Source of the DNA: the human T2T-CHM13v2.0 reference genome, Homo sapiens
Strand: one strand, 5' to 3'
Assembly (NCBI RefSeq): GCF_009914755.1
Contig: NC_060947.1
Length of the DNA stretch: 64,000 bases
The first letter of the stretch is position 1, and each line of letters opens with the position of its first letter. This document shows positions 13,667-26,021 of the stretch, in pieces. The position numbers and the translations under genes are program-made. The notes under the pieces were generated by a model, which worked only from the letters and a program-made list of their open reading frames with translations, did no database searches and was not told where the DNA came from.

Positions 13667-13824
13667 CTCTCTCTTTCTATCCCTCCCTCCCTCCCTCCCT
13701 CCCTCCCTCCCTCTCTCTCTCTTTCCTTCCTTCCTTCCTTCCTTCCTTCCTTCCTTCCTTCCTTCCTTCCTTCCCTCCCTCCCTCCCTCCCTCCCTCCCT
13801 CCCTCTCTCTCTTTCTTTCTTTCT
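13603..13824. repeat. Compound polypyrimidine microsatellite (TTTC)n-(CT)n-(CCCT)n-(TTCC)n-(CCCT)n-(TTTC)n
   Basis: About 220 nt of C/T with a single A; sits at the poly(A) position of the adjacent antisense L1 3' end. Confidence 0.95.
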
Positions 13825-13950
13825 ATATGTTTTTGGGGAAGAGGTGGTGTTTGGTTACACGAACAAGTTGTGTAGTGGTGATTTCTGAAATCTGGGTACA
13901 CCCATGGCCTGAGCAGTGTACACTACACCCAATGTGTAGCCTGTTATCCC
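13825..13950 (-). mobile_element. Very short L1PB-like 3' end
   Basis: tttttggggaagaggtggtgtttggttaca...tagtggtgatttctga...gagcagtgtacact; homologous to the 3' ends at 19390-19500 and 55870-55975. Confidence 0.8.
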
Positions 13951-14874
13951 TAAGTTACATTCAGTTTATTTTCAAAACATAAATTAAATTTAAGAAATAT
14001 GAATCATGAAATCAAGAGGAATATTGAATACGGTTAGCAGTTGAACTATAGATTTTTGTCTCTGCAGAGCTGTTGTCTGTTCTTCATCCCAGTGAAGTCA
14101 TTATAATGCTTATTGCTTTAAGCATTTTGATCAAGATCCTCACATGTTGCAAACAGCTCAAGATTCTGTTTGTAATTCTTTGTTTAAATAAATGTCATTC
14201 TGTTCACACAGTTGCTTTGATGATTTTTTAAAGGTTTTTTGTGTGTTTCCGCTGAGCCCTTTTCCCTGAAAAGCTGGAGGCCTTACTGAATATCTTCACA
14301 ATATTTTACCTCTGCCCTGACAAGCTGTCAGTTGTTGTGTTGATGTCTGTATTTTATCTCTTTTTTTCTTCCAAGAAATATTGGCAAACTTTCATTTCCA
14401 GTTATGAAACATTTTAAGACAAGGGTGAAACACAGGTCACTTTGGACTTTAAGGTGGACAAATAAAGTTGTTTAGAAAATAGTAGGTAACTGTATTTTGA
14501 TGTTGTATCAATGAGCTTAAAGTAAATGAAAAGTATAGAAATAAGTCTCCACTAAGGAAGTGATCAAAATCTCATCAGGGTGATGGTTGCATTTGTGGCT
14601 TTCAAGTCTCAGCAATGTGATCAACTCTTTTAGAAAGGCTTCCTTGAGTCCTGAAAAACCTATATGCCTTCTTCATGCTTCCATGGTCCTCTGGCCCCAC
14701 ACCAGGTTTAGCCTCTATGATGACACTTCGTGTTTTATTATTGTAGTTTATTTTTTTCTTAATTTTTTAAATTTTAACTAGTTGACCATCTGTAGATAAA
14801 TTTCACTACAGATCTGTTTTTGTCATCCTTTTCTTCTCTGTGTAGTAGAAAAGATTTCAAATATATTAAAAATT

Positions 14875-15110
14875 GTAATAACAGCCAACACTTACATAGT
14901 ACTTACTATGTGTTGAGTACTGTTAAAAGTTCTTTATATGTATTAACTTGTCTGACCCTCAGAACAACCTTATGAGGTACATGATACTACAAATGAGAAA
15001 AATGAGGATCAGAGAGTGAACAAAATGCCAAAGAACACATAATAATTAATGGTGCAACTGAGATTTTGATTCTCCTGAAGGCTAGTTCCACATTCTACAA
15101 TTGGAACCAA
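14875..15110 (-). mobile_element. MIR SINE
   Basis: aacacttacatagtacttactatgtg...cctcagaacaaccttatgaggta...aaatgagaaaaatgagg. Confidence 0.75.
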
Positions 15111-15427
15111 TACATATGCTATATTTCCTGTCTAAAAAGTACAAATATAAAAGTCAATTTTAATACATATATAACATATTTAAGACATCTGTATTTGTAT
15201 ATTTAACATGTAACCATATCTGCTCCAGATTTACTTTCATAAAACAACAAAATATTACCAATGAAGTTGACATCTCCTCTATGTAGCTCTCTATTGTCTC
15301 TTGTTAGAAGTAAATACTATTCAGAAGTTGATGTGTATGTCTTCCACAGATGATTTTCCAATTTACCAGATATTTATGTGCTCATAAGCAACTTACAGTA
15401 TTTTTTTGTTCAAGATTTACATAAATG

Positions 15428-18400
15428 GGGTGAGGTGGCCGATATGGTTGACTAGAAGCAGCTAGTGTGTATGACTCTCATAATAATGAATGGAAGTGGC
15501 AAGTTAATACATCATCTTCAAATGAAACTTTCAGAAACTCACCTGAGACTAACCAAGAAAAACAACTTGACCCACAGAGAACAGAGAAAGGCAAGGCAGG
15601 ATGATGGTCCACCCAGGAGCGACATGAAACCAGAGGAACTTTCCCCACCCAGGGAAGTGGTGAGTGAATGTGCATCCCCGGGAACCCATGCTTCTCCCAC
15701 AAATCTTTGCAACCCTTGGGTTAGGAGATACCCTCATGAACCCACTCCACCAGGGACTTCTGTCTGGCACACAGAACTACATGGAGTTTTGGCGCAGCAG
15801 CGACTCAGGCACACGAGGAGACCCGCCCGGGAGCTTTAGATACCTGAGCATTCTAGGCTTCCTGACAAAAGTACCTGCAACTCCAGCAGAACGGGTGGTT
15901 AGACTCCCATATATACACCCGGGAAACAGGGTAAATCCAGAGAGCTGAGCAGTGACAGTCTGCAGGCCCCACTTCCGTGGCACCTCACAGGATAAGACCC
16001 ACAGGCTTGGAATTCCAGCTAGCCAATAGTGGCAGCATTGCACCTCCCTTAGATGGAACTCTCGGGGGAGGGGTGAGCCACAGTCTTTGCTGTTTGGATG
16101 ACTTAGCCATCACAGCCTTTGTGCTTTGGAGAGTCCAAGCTGACCAGGGATGGAAGCAGTAGCCCAGAACAGTACAGCTGCTCTGTGAAAGCAAGACTGG
16201 ACTGCTTTTTTAATCAGGTCCTTGATCTTGTTCCTCCTCACTGGGCAGGACTGCCCAACCAGGGCCTCCATCCAGGCATGCAAAGCCATGGTCTAGGCCC
16301 AGGACTCAAGGGAGAGAGAAATACACACTTTCAGAGCATTGAGAGGGAACACAGCTGTAACTGGGAGAAAACATAGGGGAGCCACACAAATGAGCAAGAG
16401 TCTACCGACGTACCAATATACCTAAGTACCACCTACTAAATAACACTGCAAAGCTTCAACACCAAAAATACCTCACTAACATACCTCCCCTCTGAAACCA
16501 GACAAGAAGTCAGCTTCAAATAAAGATCCTGAACAAAGCCTCCACCTGCTGAAAACATCCAGAAAAGAAACCTATTGATTGTATTTAATCTACACTACAG
16601 TTAAACACCACACACAGAGATAAGAAAGAACAAATGCAAGAACTCTGTTAATTCAAATGGCCAGAGTGTCATATGTCCTCAGAATGATCGTACCAGTTCT
16701 CTAACAAAAGTTCTTAACTAGGCTGAACTAATTGAAATGACAGAAATAGAATTCAGAATATGGATAGAAACAAAGAACATGGATATTCAGATGGATGGCA
16801 AAACCCAATTCAAGGAAAATAAGAAGCAAAATAAAGTGATACAGAAGATGAAGAATGGGATAGTCAGTATAAAAAAGAACCTAATGGATCTTACAGAGCT
16901 GAATAACACAAGAATTTCAAAATGCAATCACAAATATTGGTACCAATACTATTGAAACTATTCCAAAAGATATAAAAAGAGGGAATCCTACCCAAATTAT
17001 TCTGTGAAGCTAGTATTACCCTAAAATCAAAACCAGGAATAGACATAACAAAAAGAAAACTGCAGACCAATATCCCTGATGAATATAGATGCACATATGC
17101 TCAACAAAATACTAGCTAACCAAATCCAACAGTGTATCAAAAAGATAATAAAGCATGATCAAGTGAGTTTCATATCAGAGGTGCAGGGTTGGTTTAACAT
17201 ATACAAGTCAATAAATGTGATATACCACATAAACAGAAGTAAAAATAAAAAACATATAATCATTTCTATAGATTCAGAAAAAGAATTTGACAAAATCCAG
17301 CATCCCTTTATAATTGAAACTTTCAGGACCATCTGCATAGAAGGGACATACCCTCTGGTAATAAAAGCCATCTATACCATATGCACAGCCAACATTATAC
17401 TGAATGGGGGTAAGTTGAAAGCATTTCCTCTGAAAACTGAACTGAAGACAAGGATGCCCACTTCCACCACTTCTATTCAACATAGTACTGGAAGTCCTAG
17501 CCAGAGCAATCCGATAAGAAAAAGAAATAAAGGCATCCAAATCAGTAAAGAGGAAGTCAAATAGTCGCTGTTTGCTGATGCTATGATCGTATACCTAGAA
17601 AATCCTAAAGACTCATCCAAAAAGCTCCTAGATCTGATAAATGAATTTAGTAAAATTTCAGGATACAAAAATCAATATACACAAATCAGTAGCACTGCTA
17701 TACACCAACAGCAACCAAGCTGAGAATCAAATAAAAAACCCAACCCCTTTTACACCAGCTGCAGAAATAAAATAAAATACTTAGGAATATACCAAACCAA
17801 GGATGCAAAAGAACTCTACAAGTAAAACTACAAAACACTGCCAAAAGTAATCATAGATGACACAAACAAATGGAAACACCTCCCATGCTCATGGAAGGGT
17901 AGAATCAATATTGTAAAAATGGCCATATTGCCAAAAGCAATCAAATAAATCCAGTTCAATTCCCATCAAAATATCACCATCATTCTTCATGGAACTAGAA
18001 AAAGCAATTCATATGGAATTAAAAAAGCCTCAGCATAGCCATAGCAAGAGTAAGCAAAAAGAACAAATATGGAGGCGTCACATTACCAGACTTCAATCTA
18101 TACTTACAAAGCTATAGTTACCAAAACAGCATAGTACTAGTATAAAAATAGGTATGTAGACCAACGGAACAGAATAGAGAACCCAGAGATAAAGCCAAAT
18201 ACTTACAGCCACCTGATCTTTGACAAAGCAAACAAAAACATAAAGTGCGAAAAGGATACACAATTCAACAAATGTTGCTGGCAAGCCACATGTAGCAGAT
18301 TGAAACTGAATCCTCATCTCTCACCTTATACAAAAATCAAGATGGATGAAATACTTAAAGAACTGAAACCATAAAAATTCTAGAAGGTAACATCCAAAAA

Positions 18401-18811
18401 AACTCTTCTAGACATTGGATTATGCAGAGTTTATGACCAGGAAACCCAAAACAAATGCAACAAAAACAAAGATAAATATAAATAGATGGGACTTAATTAA
18501 ACTAAAAAGCTTCTGCACGGCAACAGAAATAATCAACGGTGTAAATGTACAACCCACAGAGTGGGAGAAAATCTTTGCAAACTATACAACTGACAAAGGA
18601 CTAATATCTAGAATCTACAAGAAACTCAAACAAATCAGCAAGAAAAAAATAATCTCATTAAGAAATGGGCTAAGCAAATGAATAGGCAATTCTCAAAAGA
18701 AAATATGCAAATGGCCAACAAACATAAAAATTCTCAATTTCCGTAATTATCAGGGAAATAATGCAAATCAAAACCACAATGCAATACCACCTTACTCCTA
18801 CAAGGGTGGCC

Positions 18812-18853
<42 letters not shown>

Positions 18854-19522
18854 TGGATGTTGGTGTGAATGTGGTGAAAAGGAAACACTTTTACACTGCT
18901 AGTGGGAATGTACAGTAGTACAACCACTATGGAAAACAGTTTGGAGATTCATTAAAGAACTAAATGTGGAGCTACCATTTGATCCAACAATCCTACGACT
19001 GGATATCTACCCAGAGCAAAAGAAGTCATTATATGAAAAAGACACTTGCACATGCATGTTTATAGCAGCACAATTCATGAAAGTAAAAATATGGAACCAG
19101 CCTAAATTCCCATCAACCAATGAGTGGATAAAGAAAATGTGGTATGTACATGTACCATGAAATGCTACTCAGCCATAAAAAAAAGAATGAAATAATGACA
19201 TTCACAGCAACTTGGATTGAGTTGGAAACCATTATTCTAAGTGAAGTAACTCAGGAATGGAAAAACAAACACCATGAATTATCACTTCTAAGTGGGAGTT
19301 AAGGTAGGATGCAAAGGCCTAAGAATGATATAAAGGACTGTGGGGACTTTAGGGGAGTGGTGAGAGAGAAGTGAGTGATAAAAGCCTACACATTGGGTTC
19401 AGTGTACCCTGCTCGCATGCAACAAAATCTCAAAATCACCACTAAAGAACTTATCCATGTAACCAAACACCACCTTTTCCCCCCAGAACTACTGAAATAA
19501 TCATAATTAGAAGAAAAGAAAA
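15428..19522 (+). mobile_element. L1PB-like LINE-1 with 5' UTR; ORF1-to-ORF2 internal deletion at ~16940
   Basis: 5' end gatatggttgactagaagcagctag; ORF1 N-terminus (MTEIEFRIWI); RT-region remnant ([32 protein letters not shown]); L1PB-type 3' UTR and A-rich tail. Confidence 0.9.
18812..18851. repeat. (AAT)~13 microsatellite inside L1 ORF2
   Basis: ataataataata... run read directly. Confidence 0.9.
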
Positions 19523-21644
19523 ACAATTGCAAAAAAAAAAAAAAACTGCACAAACACATAAAAACTTCCTGCCTTAACTTTGTCCACCTACTTAATAACT
19601 TTTTCTATTTCAGTTTCTATTTACATTGTTTCTATTCGTATTTATATTTACATTCATATTTATATTTTATTGTCTATGTCGTGAAAAGTTTTTGCAGGTA
19701 TTGTTTTAGATTCGTTTATCACTTAGTCTTTTTATTTAGGATAAGAGTAGTTTACACCTTCCATTTACATTTTTATAATATTTTTTGTTTTTCTGTGTAT
19801 ACTGTTACCAGTGTGTCTTCTACCTTCAGGTGTTTACTGATTGCTCATTAACATCCTTTCCTTTCTGATTGAAGTATTTCCTTTAGCATTTCTTGTAGGA
19901 AAGGTCTGGTGTTGAAGAAATCTCTCATTTTTTTTTAAATTTCTCTAAGAATGTCTTTATCCTTTTTGTTTGAAAGATATTTCACCAGATATGCTATTCT
20001 AGGGTAAAAATGTTTTTCTTTCAGCACTTCAAATATGTCATGCCACTCTCGCCTGGCCTATGAAGTTTCTACTGAAAAGTCGGTTGCCAGATGTATTGGA
20101 GCTCTATTGTATGATATTGGTTTCTTTTCTCTTTCTGCTTTTAGAATCCTTTCTTTATCTTTAAATTTTGGTATTTTGATTATTAAATGCCTTGAGACAG
20201 TCTTCTTTGGGTTAAATCTGCTTGGTGTTCTATAACTTTCTTGTACTTGGATATTGACACCTTTCTCTAGGTCTGGGAAGTTCTTTGTTATTATCCCTTT
20301 GAATAAAATGTCTATTCCTATTTCTTTCTCTACCTCCTTATTAGGGCCAGTAACTTTTAGATTTGTCCTTTTGGGGATATTTTCTAGATCCTGTAGGTGT
20401 GCTTCATTGTTTTTGTTTGTTTGTTTTCTCTGTGTAGATTTAAATAGCCTGTCTTCAAGATCACTAATTCTCTTTTCTGCTTCATCAATTATGGTATTAA
20501 GACTCCAATGCATTCTTTAGTATGCCAGTTGCATTTTTCAGCTCAAGAATTTCTGCTTGATTCTTTTAAATTATTTTGATCTCTTTGTTAAATCTATCTG
20601 ATAGAATTCTAAATTCCTTCTGCATGTCATCTTAAATTTCTTTGAATTTCTTCCATGTGCTATTTGAAATTCTCATCTGAAAGGTCACATATATCTGTTT
20701 CTCCAGGATTGTTCCCTGGTGCCTTATCTAGTTTATTTGGTGAGGTCATGTTTTCTGGAATGACGTTTTTGCTAGTAGATATTCCTTAGTGTATGGGCAT
20801 TGAAGAGTTAGTTATTTACTGTAGTCTTCACTGTCTGGGCTTGTTTGTACTGAGGTATTTATTGTAATATTCACTGTTTGGACTTCTTTGCATCTGTTCT
20901 TCAGAAGGCTTTTCAGATATTTGGAAAGTCTTGGGCATTGTGACCTAAGCTGTTTCTGCTTTAGGGGGCATCCCAGTGCCAGTAAGCACTGTTATTCTTT
21001 CTGGTCTTTAATAAGATCTGGGAGAATTCTCTGAGTTAGCAGCAAGAGACTTTCATTCTTTCCCCTTTCTCCCAAATGAATGAGCCAACTAAAGCTGGGG
21101 TAGAGTGGCCCAAGCACCCCTGTGGCTACCACCATTATGATTGTGCTGGGTCAGACCTGAATCCAGCATAGCACTGGGTCTTGCCCAAGGCCTAGTGTAA
21201 TCAATCCCTGGCTACTACCTTTGTTTGCTCAAAGTCCTGGGGTCTACGATAAGCACATGCCAAAACCAGCCAGGCCTGTGCCCTTCCCTTTTTGGTTGGA
21301 AAGTTTCCTCTCTGGGCAGGTACAGAGATGCTGTCCCAGAGCCAGGGACTAGAGTCAAACGTCTGCCTGAGAAGTCTACTTGGTGTTCTTTTGTATTGTG
21401 ACTGGGCTGGCACTCAAACCACAAGTCCTTCCCAGTCTTTCCTCCCCTTTCCAACGGCAGAGGAACCTCATCTCATGACCCCTGCCACCACAGATCACAG
21501 GGAATACTTCCAGAATACTGTGGATATTCTTTTAAGGCCCAAGGGCTCTTCAGTTGGGGTGTGGTGAATGCTGGCCTGACCTGGAACTCACCCTTCAGAG
21601 CTATGAGCTACCTTCTGGCCCAGGGTAGGTCCAGAAATGGCATC

Positions 21645-24502
21645 TGATATGGTTTGGCTGTGTCCCCACCCAAATTTCATCATGAATTGTAGCTTCCACA
21701 ATTCCCACATGTGGTGGGAGGGACCTGGTGGGAGATAATGGAATCACAGGGACAGTTTTCCCCATTTTGTTCTTGTGGTAGTGAATAAGTCTCATCACAT
21801 CTGATGATTTTATAAGGGGTTTCCCCCTTCACTTGGCTCTCATTCTCTTTTGTCTGCCACCATATAAGATGTGCCTTTCACCTTCTGCCATGATTGTGAA
21901 GCACCCCCCAACCATGTGGAACTATGAGTTCATTACATCTATTTTTCTTTATAAATTACCCAGCCTCAGGTATGTCTTCATTAGCAGTGTGGAAACAGAC
22001 TAATATAGTAAATTGGTACAAGGTAGTGGGGTGCTGCCATAGAGATACCTGAAAATGTGGAATCGACTTTGGAAGTGGATAACAGGCAAAGATTTGAACA
22101 GTTTGGAGGGCTCAGAAGAAGACAGGACAATGTGAGAAAGTTTGGAACTTCCTAGAGGCTTGTTGAATGGCTTTGACCAAAATGCTGATAATTATATGGA
22201 CAATGAAATCCAGACTGATGTAATCTCAGATAAAGATGAGGAACTTGTTGGGAACTGGAGTAAAGATGACTCTTGCTATGTTTTAGCAAAGAGACTGGCA
22301 GCATTTTACCCCTGCCCTGGAGATTTGGGGAACTTTGAACTTGAGGGAGGTAATTTAGGGTATCTGGTGGAAGAAATCTCTAAGCAGCAAAACATTCAAG
22401 GGTTGACTTGCATGCTGTTAAATACATTCCATTTTAAAAGGGAAACAGAACATAAAAGTTCAGAAAATTTGCAGCCTGACCATGTAATAGAAAAAAAAAA
22501 TTCTTGTGAGGAGAAATTCAAGCTAGCTGCAGAAGTTTGCATAAGTAATGAGGAGCCAAATGTTTATTGCCAAGACAATGGGGAAAATGTCTCCAGGGCA
22601 TTTCAGAGACCTTTGTGGCAGCCCCTCCCATCACAGACCCAGAGGCCTAATAGGAAAAAAATGGTTTACTGTGCTAGGCCCAGGGCCTTGCTGCTTTGTG
22701 CAGTCTCTGTGCTTGGTCCTTTGTGTTCCAGCCATGGCTAAAAGGGGCCAATGTACAACTCAGGTCATTGCTTCAGAGGGTGCAAGCTCCAAGCCTTGGT
22801 GGCTTACCCATAGTGTTGGGCCTATGGGTGTACAGAAGTCAAGAAATAAGGTTTGGAGGCTTCTGCCTAGATTTCAGAGTATGTATGGAAATGCCTGGAT
22901 GTCCAGGCCACAGGTGTGCTGCAGGGGTGGAGCCTTCATGGAGAACCTCTGCTAGGGCAGTGTAGAAGGGAAATGTGGGGTTGAAGCCCCAACACAGAGT
23001 TCCCACTGGGGCACTGCCTAGTGAAGCTGTAAGAAAAGGGCCACCATCCTCCATACTCCATAACGGTAGATCCAACGGCAGCTTGCACTGTCCACCTGGA
23101 AAAGCCATAGACACTCAATGCCAGCCCATGAAAGCAGCTAAGAGGAGGGCTCTACCCTGCAAAGCCACAGAAGTGGAGCTGCCCAATGCCAGGGGTGTCC
23201 ACCTCTTGTATCAGCATGACCTGGAGGTGATACATGGTGTCAAAGGAAATCATTTTGGAACCTTAAGATTTGACTGCCCTGCTGAATTTTAGACTTGCAT
23301 GGGGCCTGTATTCCCTTACTTTTGGCCAATTCCACCCATTTGGAATGGCTGTATTTACTCAATGCCTGCACCTCCATTGTATCTAGGAAGAAATTAACTT
23401 GCTTTTGATTTTACAGGCTTATAGGTGCAAGGGACTTGCCTTGTCTCAGATGAGAGGTCTGACTGCCTGTAGGGTTGGGCAAAAAGAGCCATATTTTTCT
23501 TCTTGCAGAGAGCCTATAAACAGATGTGCAAGTAGGAGAGATATCGCTAAATTCTTTTCCTAGCAAGGAATATTAATATGAATACCCTGGGAAAGGAATG
23601 CATTCCTGGGGGGAGGTCTATAAACGGCCGCTCTGGGGGTGTCTGTCTTATGCAGGTGAGATAAGGACTGAGATACGCCCTGGTCTCCTGCAATACCCTC
23701 AGGCTTGCTAGGGTGGGGAAAAAACTCCACCCTGGTAAATTTGTGGTCAGACTGGTTCTCTGCTCTCGAACCCTGTTTTCTGTTGTCACGATGTTTATCA
23801 AGACAATACGTGCACCGCTGAACATAGACCCTTATCGGTAGTTCTGCTTTTGCCCTTTGCCTTGTGGTCTTTGTTGGACCCTTATCAGTAGTTCTCCTTT
23901 TTGCCCTTTGAAGCATGTGATCTACTCCCTGTTCTTACACCCCCTCCCCTTTTGAAACCCTTAATAAAAAACATGCTGGTTTGAGGCTCAGGTGGGCATC
24001 ACGGTCCTACTGATATGTGATGTCACCCCCAGTGGCCCAGCTGTAAAATTCCTCTCTTTGTACTCTTTTTCTTTATTTCTCAGCCGGCTGACACTTATGG
24101 AAAATAGAAAGAACCTACATTGAAATATTGGGGGTGGGTTCCCCCGATAGTCTGGCTGTGTCCCCACCCAAATCTCATCTTGAATTGTAGCTCCCATAAT
24201 TCCCAGGTGTTGTGGGAGGGACTTGGTGAGAGATAATTGAATAATGGGGGCGGTCTCCTCCATACTGGTCTCATGGTAGTGAATAAATCTCATGAGATCT
24301 GATGATTTTCTAAAGGGTTTCCCCTTTGACTTGACTCTCATTCTCTCCTGTCTGCTGTCATGTAAGATGTGCCTTTTGTCTTCCACCATGATTGTGAAAC
24401 CTCTCCTGTCACATGGAACTGAGTCTATTTAACCTCTTTTTCTTTATAAATTACCCAGTCTTGGGTATATCTTTATTAGCAGCCTGAGAACAGACTAATA
24501 AA
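21645..24502 (+). mobile_element. THE1 (C/D-like) MaLR provirus: 5' LTR 21645-22007, internal 22008-23455, 3' LTR 24150-24502
   Basis: tgatatggtttggctgtgtccccaccc...gactaatata, then gtaaattggtac internal start; THE1-int ORF remnant (ELPRGLLNGFDQNAD...LVGNWSK); second LTR lacks its first ~7 nt. Confidence 0.92.
23455..24149 (+). mobile_element. 5'-truncated MER11 (MER11A-like) LTR nested in THE1
   Basis: Begins mid-LTR at aggtctgactgcctg (cf. 5449-5463 in the complete copy); ends gggttcccccgata. Confidence 0.9.
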
Positions 24503-24563
24503 TCATTCAAATGTCCTGTCCTCAAATTACAGAACCCAAGGGCCCACTTGTGCTCTAACCTCC

Positions 24564-24932
24564 TGACATGGTTTGGCTGTGTCCCCACCCAAATCTCATC
24601 TTGAATTCCCACATGTTCTGGGAGGGACCCAGTGGGAGGTAATTGAATCATGGAGGCAAATTTTTCCTGTGCTTTTCTGGTGATGGTGAATAAGTCTCAT
24701 GAGATTTGATGGTTTTATAAAGAGGAGTTCCCATGCACAAGCTCTCTCTCTCTCTTTGTCTGCCTCCATCCGTGTAAGACATGACATGCTCCTCCTTGCC
24801 TTCTGTCATGATTGTGAGGCCTCTCTAACCATGTGGAACTGTAAGTCCATTAAACATCTCTTTTTTTTTTTTTTTGTAAATTGCCCAGTCTCTGGTATGT
24901 CTTCATCAGCAGTGTAAAAATGGACTAATACA
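24564..24932 (+). mobile_element. THE1B-like solo LTR
   Basis: tgacatggtttggctgtgtcccc...tggactaataca; perfect 5-bp TSD cctcc (24559-24563 / 24933-24937). Confidence 0.93.
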
Positions 24933-26021
24933 CCTCCTTTGGTCATACTGGTACTTAAGGTGAAAGACAAAGTCCCCTTTACTTTTCTGTCTGCTTTTCT
25001 TTTACCCCATAACCACCAGAGCTGGTAATGTGCTGTGTCTCTTCTGAAGCCAGCATGTCTCAGAGGCTCACCCAAGTCCCTCGACATAGTACCTGGGTAT
25101 TGCTACCTTTTATTTGGGGCCTAAAGGCTCTCCAGTTAGCAAGTGATGAATGCTGACAGGACTGGTTCTTCCCTCCAAGGCAGCGCGTTTCCTTCTGGCC
25201 CAGAGTGTGTCTAGAAATGTCATCCAGGAGCTAGGTCCTGGAATGGGGTCTTCATGACTCTGACCAGTGCCTTATCCTGCTGTGGCTTAGCTGGTATCCA
25301 AGATGGAAGACAAAGTCCTCCCCACTCTTCCCTCTCCTCTCCTCAAGTGGAAGGGATGAGCCTTTTTTTGTAGCCAGGAGGTGTGCAGTTTGGGGTTTGA
25401 TGAGGGGTAGTACCAGCATTCCCTTAGCCGCCTCAGCTGGTGTCTCAGTAGGTCACATGCTCCTCCAGTCCACTATCTCTGGGCCTGGTTCAGTGCTAAG
25501 ACTCCTCTAGAGTTGCAGTTCTTATTGCCTAGACTGCCTTGCATGTTTACTTGGACACACAGAGCACTGTAGCCTTCGGTGGCAAGGTTTATGGGAACTC
25601 AAGTTCAGAATGCTGGGATTAGCATTTCCCCTCTGGCTAGGGCTGGTTTAAATGCTCTCTCAGTGGGCAGGTATTAGCTGACTTTGGTCCACTTTTACTT
25701 TCTACTCTAACAGGGCAGCGCTGAGCTCAATGCCTCACAATTGTTGTGCTATCCCTGCCCCAGTGCCCAACATGTGCTCTGCATTACACTGCCATTCCTG
25801 GGGGTAGGGAGGAGTGGCATTGGATATTCATGACTGTTTTTCCTACCTTCTCAGTGCTGCTTTCTCTGACACAAAATTAACACCAGGTACGATGAGAGCT
25901 CATCTTATTTTTAGTTTTTATAAAGGTGGTTATTTTTGTGTGTAGATAATTGTTAAATTGCTGTTCTTGTTGGGAGGATGATTGGTGGTGCCTTCTAATC
26001 TGCCACCTTGCTCTGCCTCTT

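Larger units (their letters stand above)
19523..26018 (-). mobile_element. 5' half of an L1MA-type LINE-1 (5' UTR + ORF1), host to THE1/MER11 insertions
   Basis: ORF1p remnant 20058-20513 (DEAEKRISDLEDR...RHLIIKIPKFKDKERILKA...IHLATDFSVET); 5' UTR homologous to 10460-12310; terminus ccaccttgctctgcct. Confidence 0.9.

Noticed and set aside
13395-13982. 195-aa ORF rich in FLS/PSL
   Set aside because: Read-through of a stop-free microsatellite.
17079-17564. Reverse transcriptase-like ORF suggesting a retron or novel RT system
   Set aside because: Frameshifted L1 ORF2 fragment inside an ordinary L1PB.
22142-22741. 199-aa ORF
   Set aside because: Standard THE1/MaLR internal ORF remnant with a TTG start; not a host gene.
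10460-26018. Similarity between 10460-12310 and 20900-26018 as a segmental duplication
   Set aside because: The copies are clearly diverged and similarity is confined to the L1 5' UTR, so these are independent insertions of related L1MA elements.
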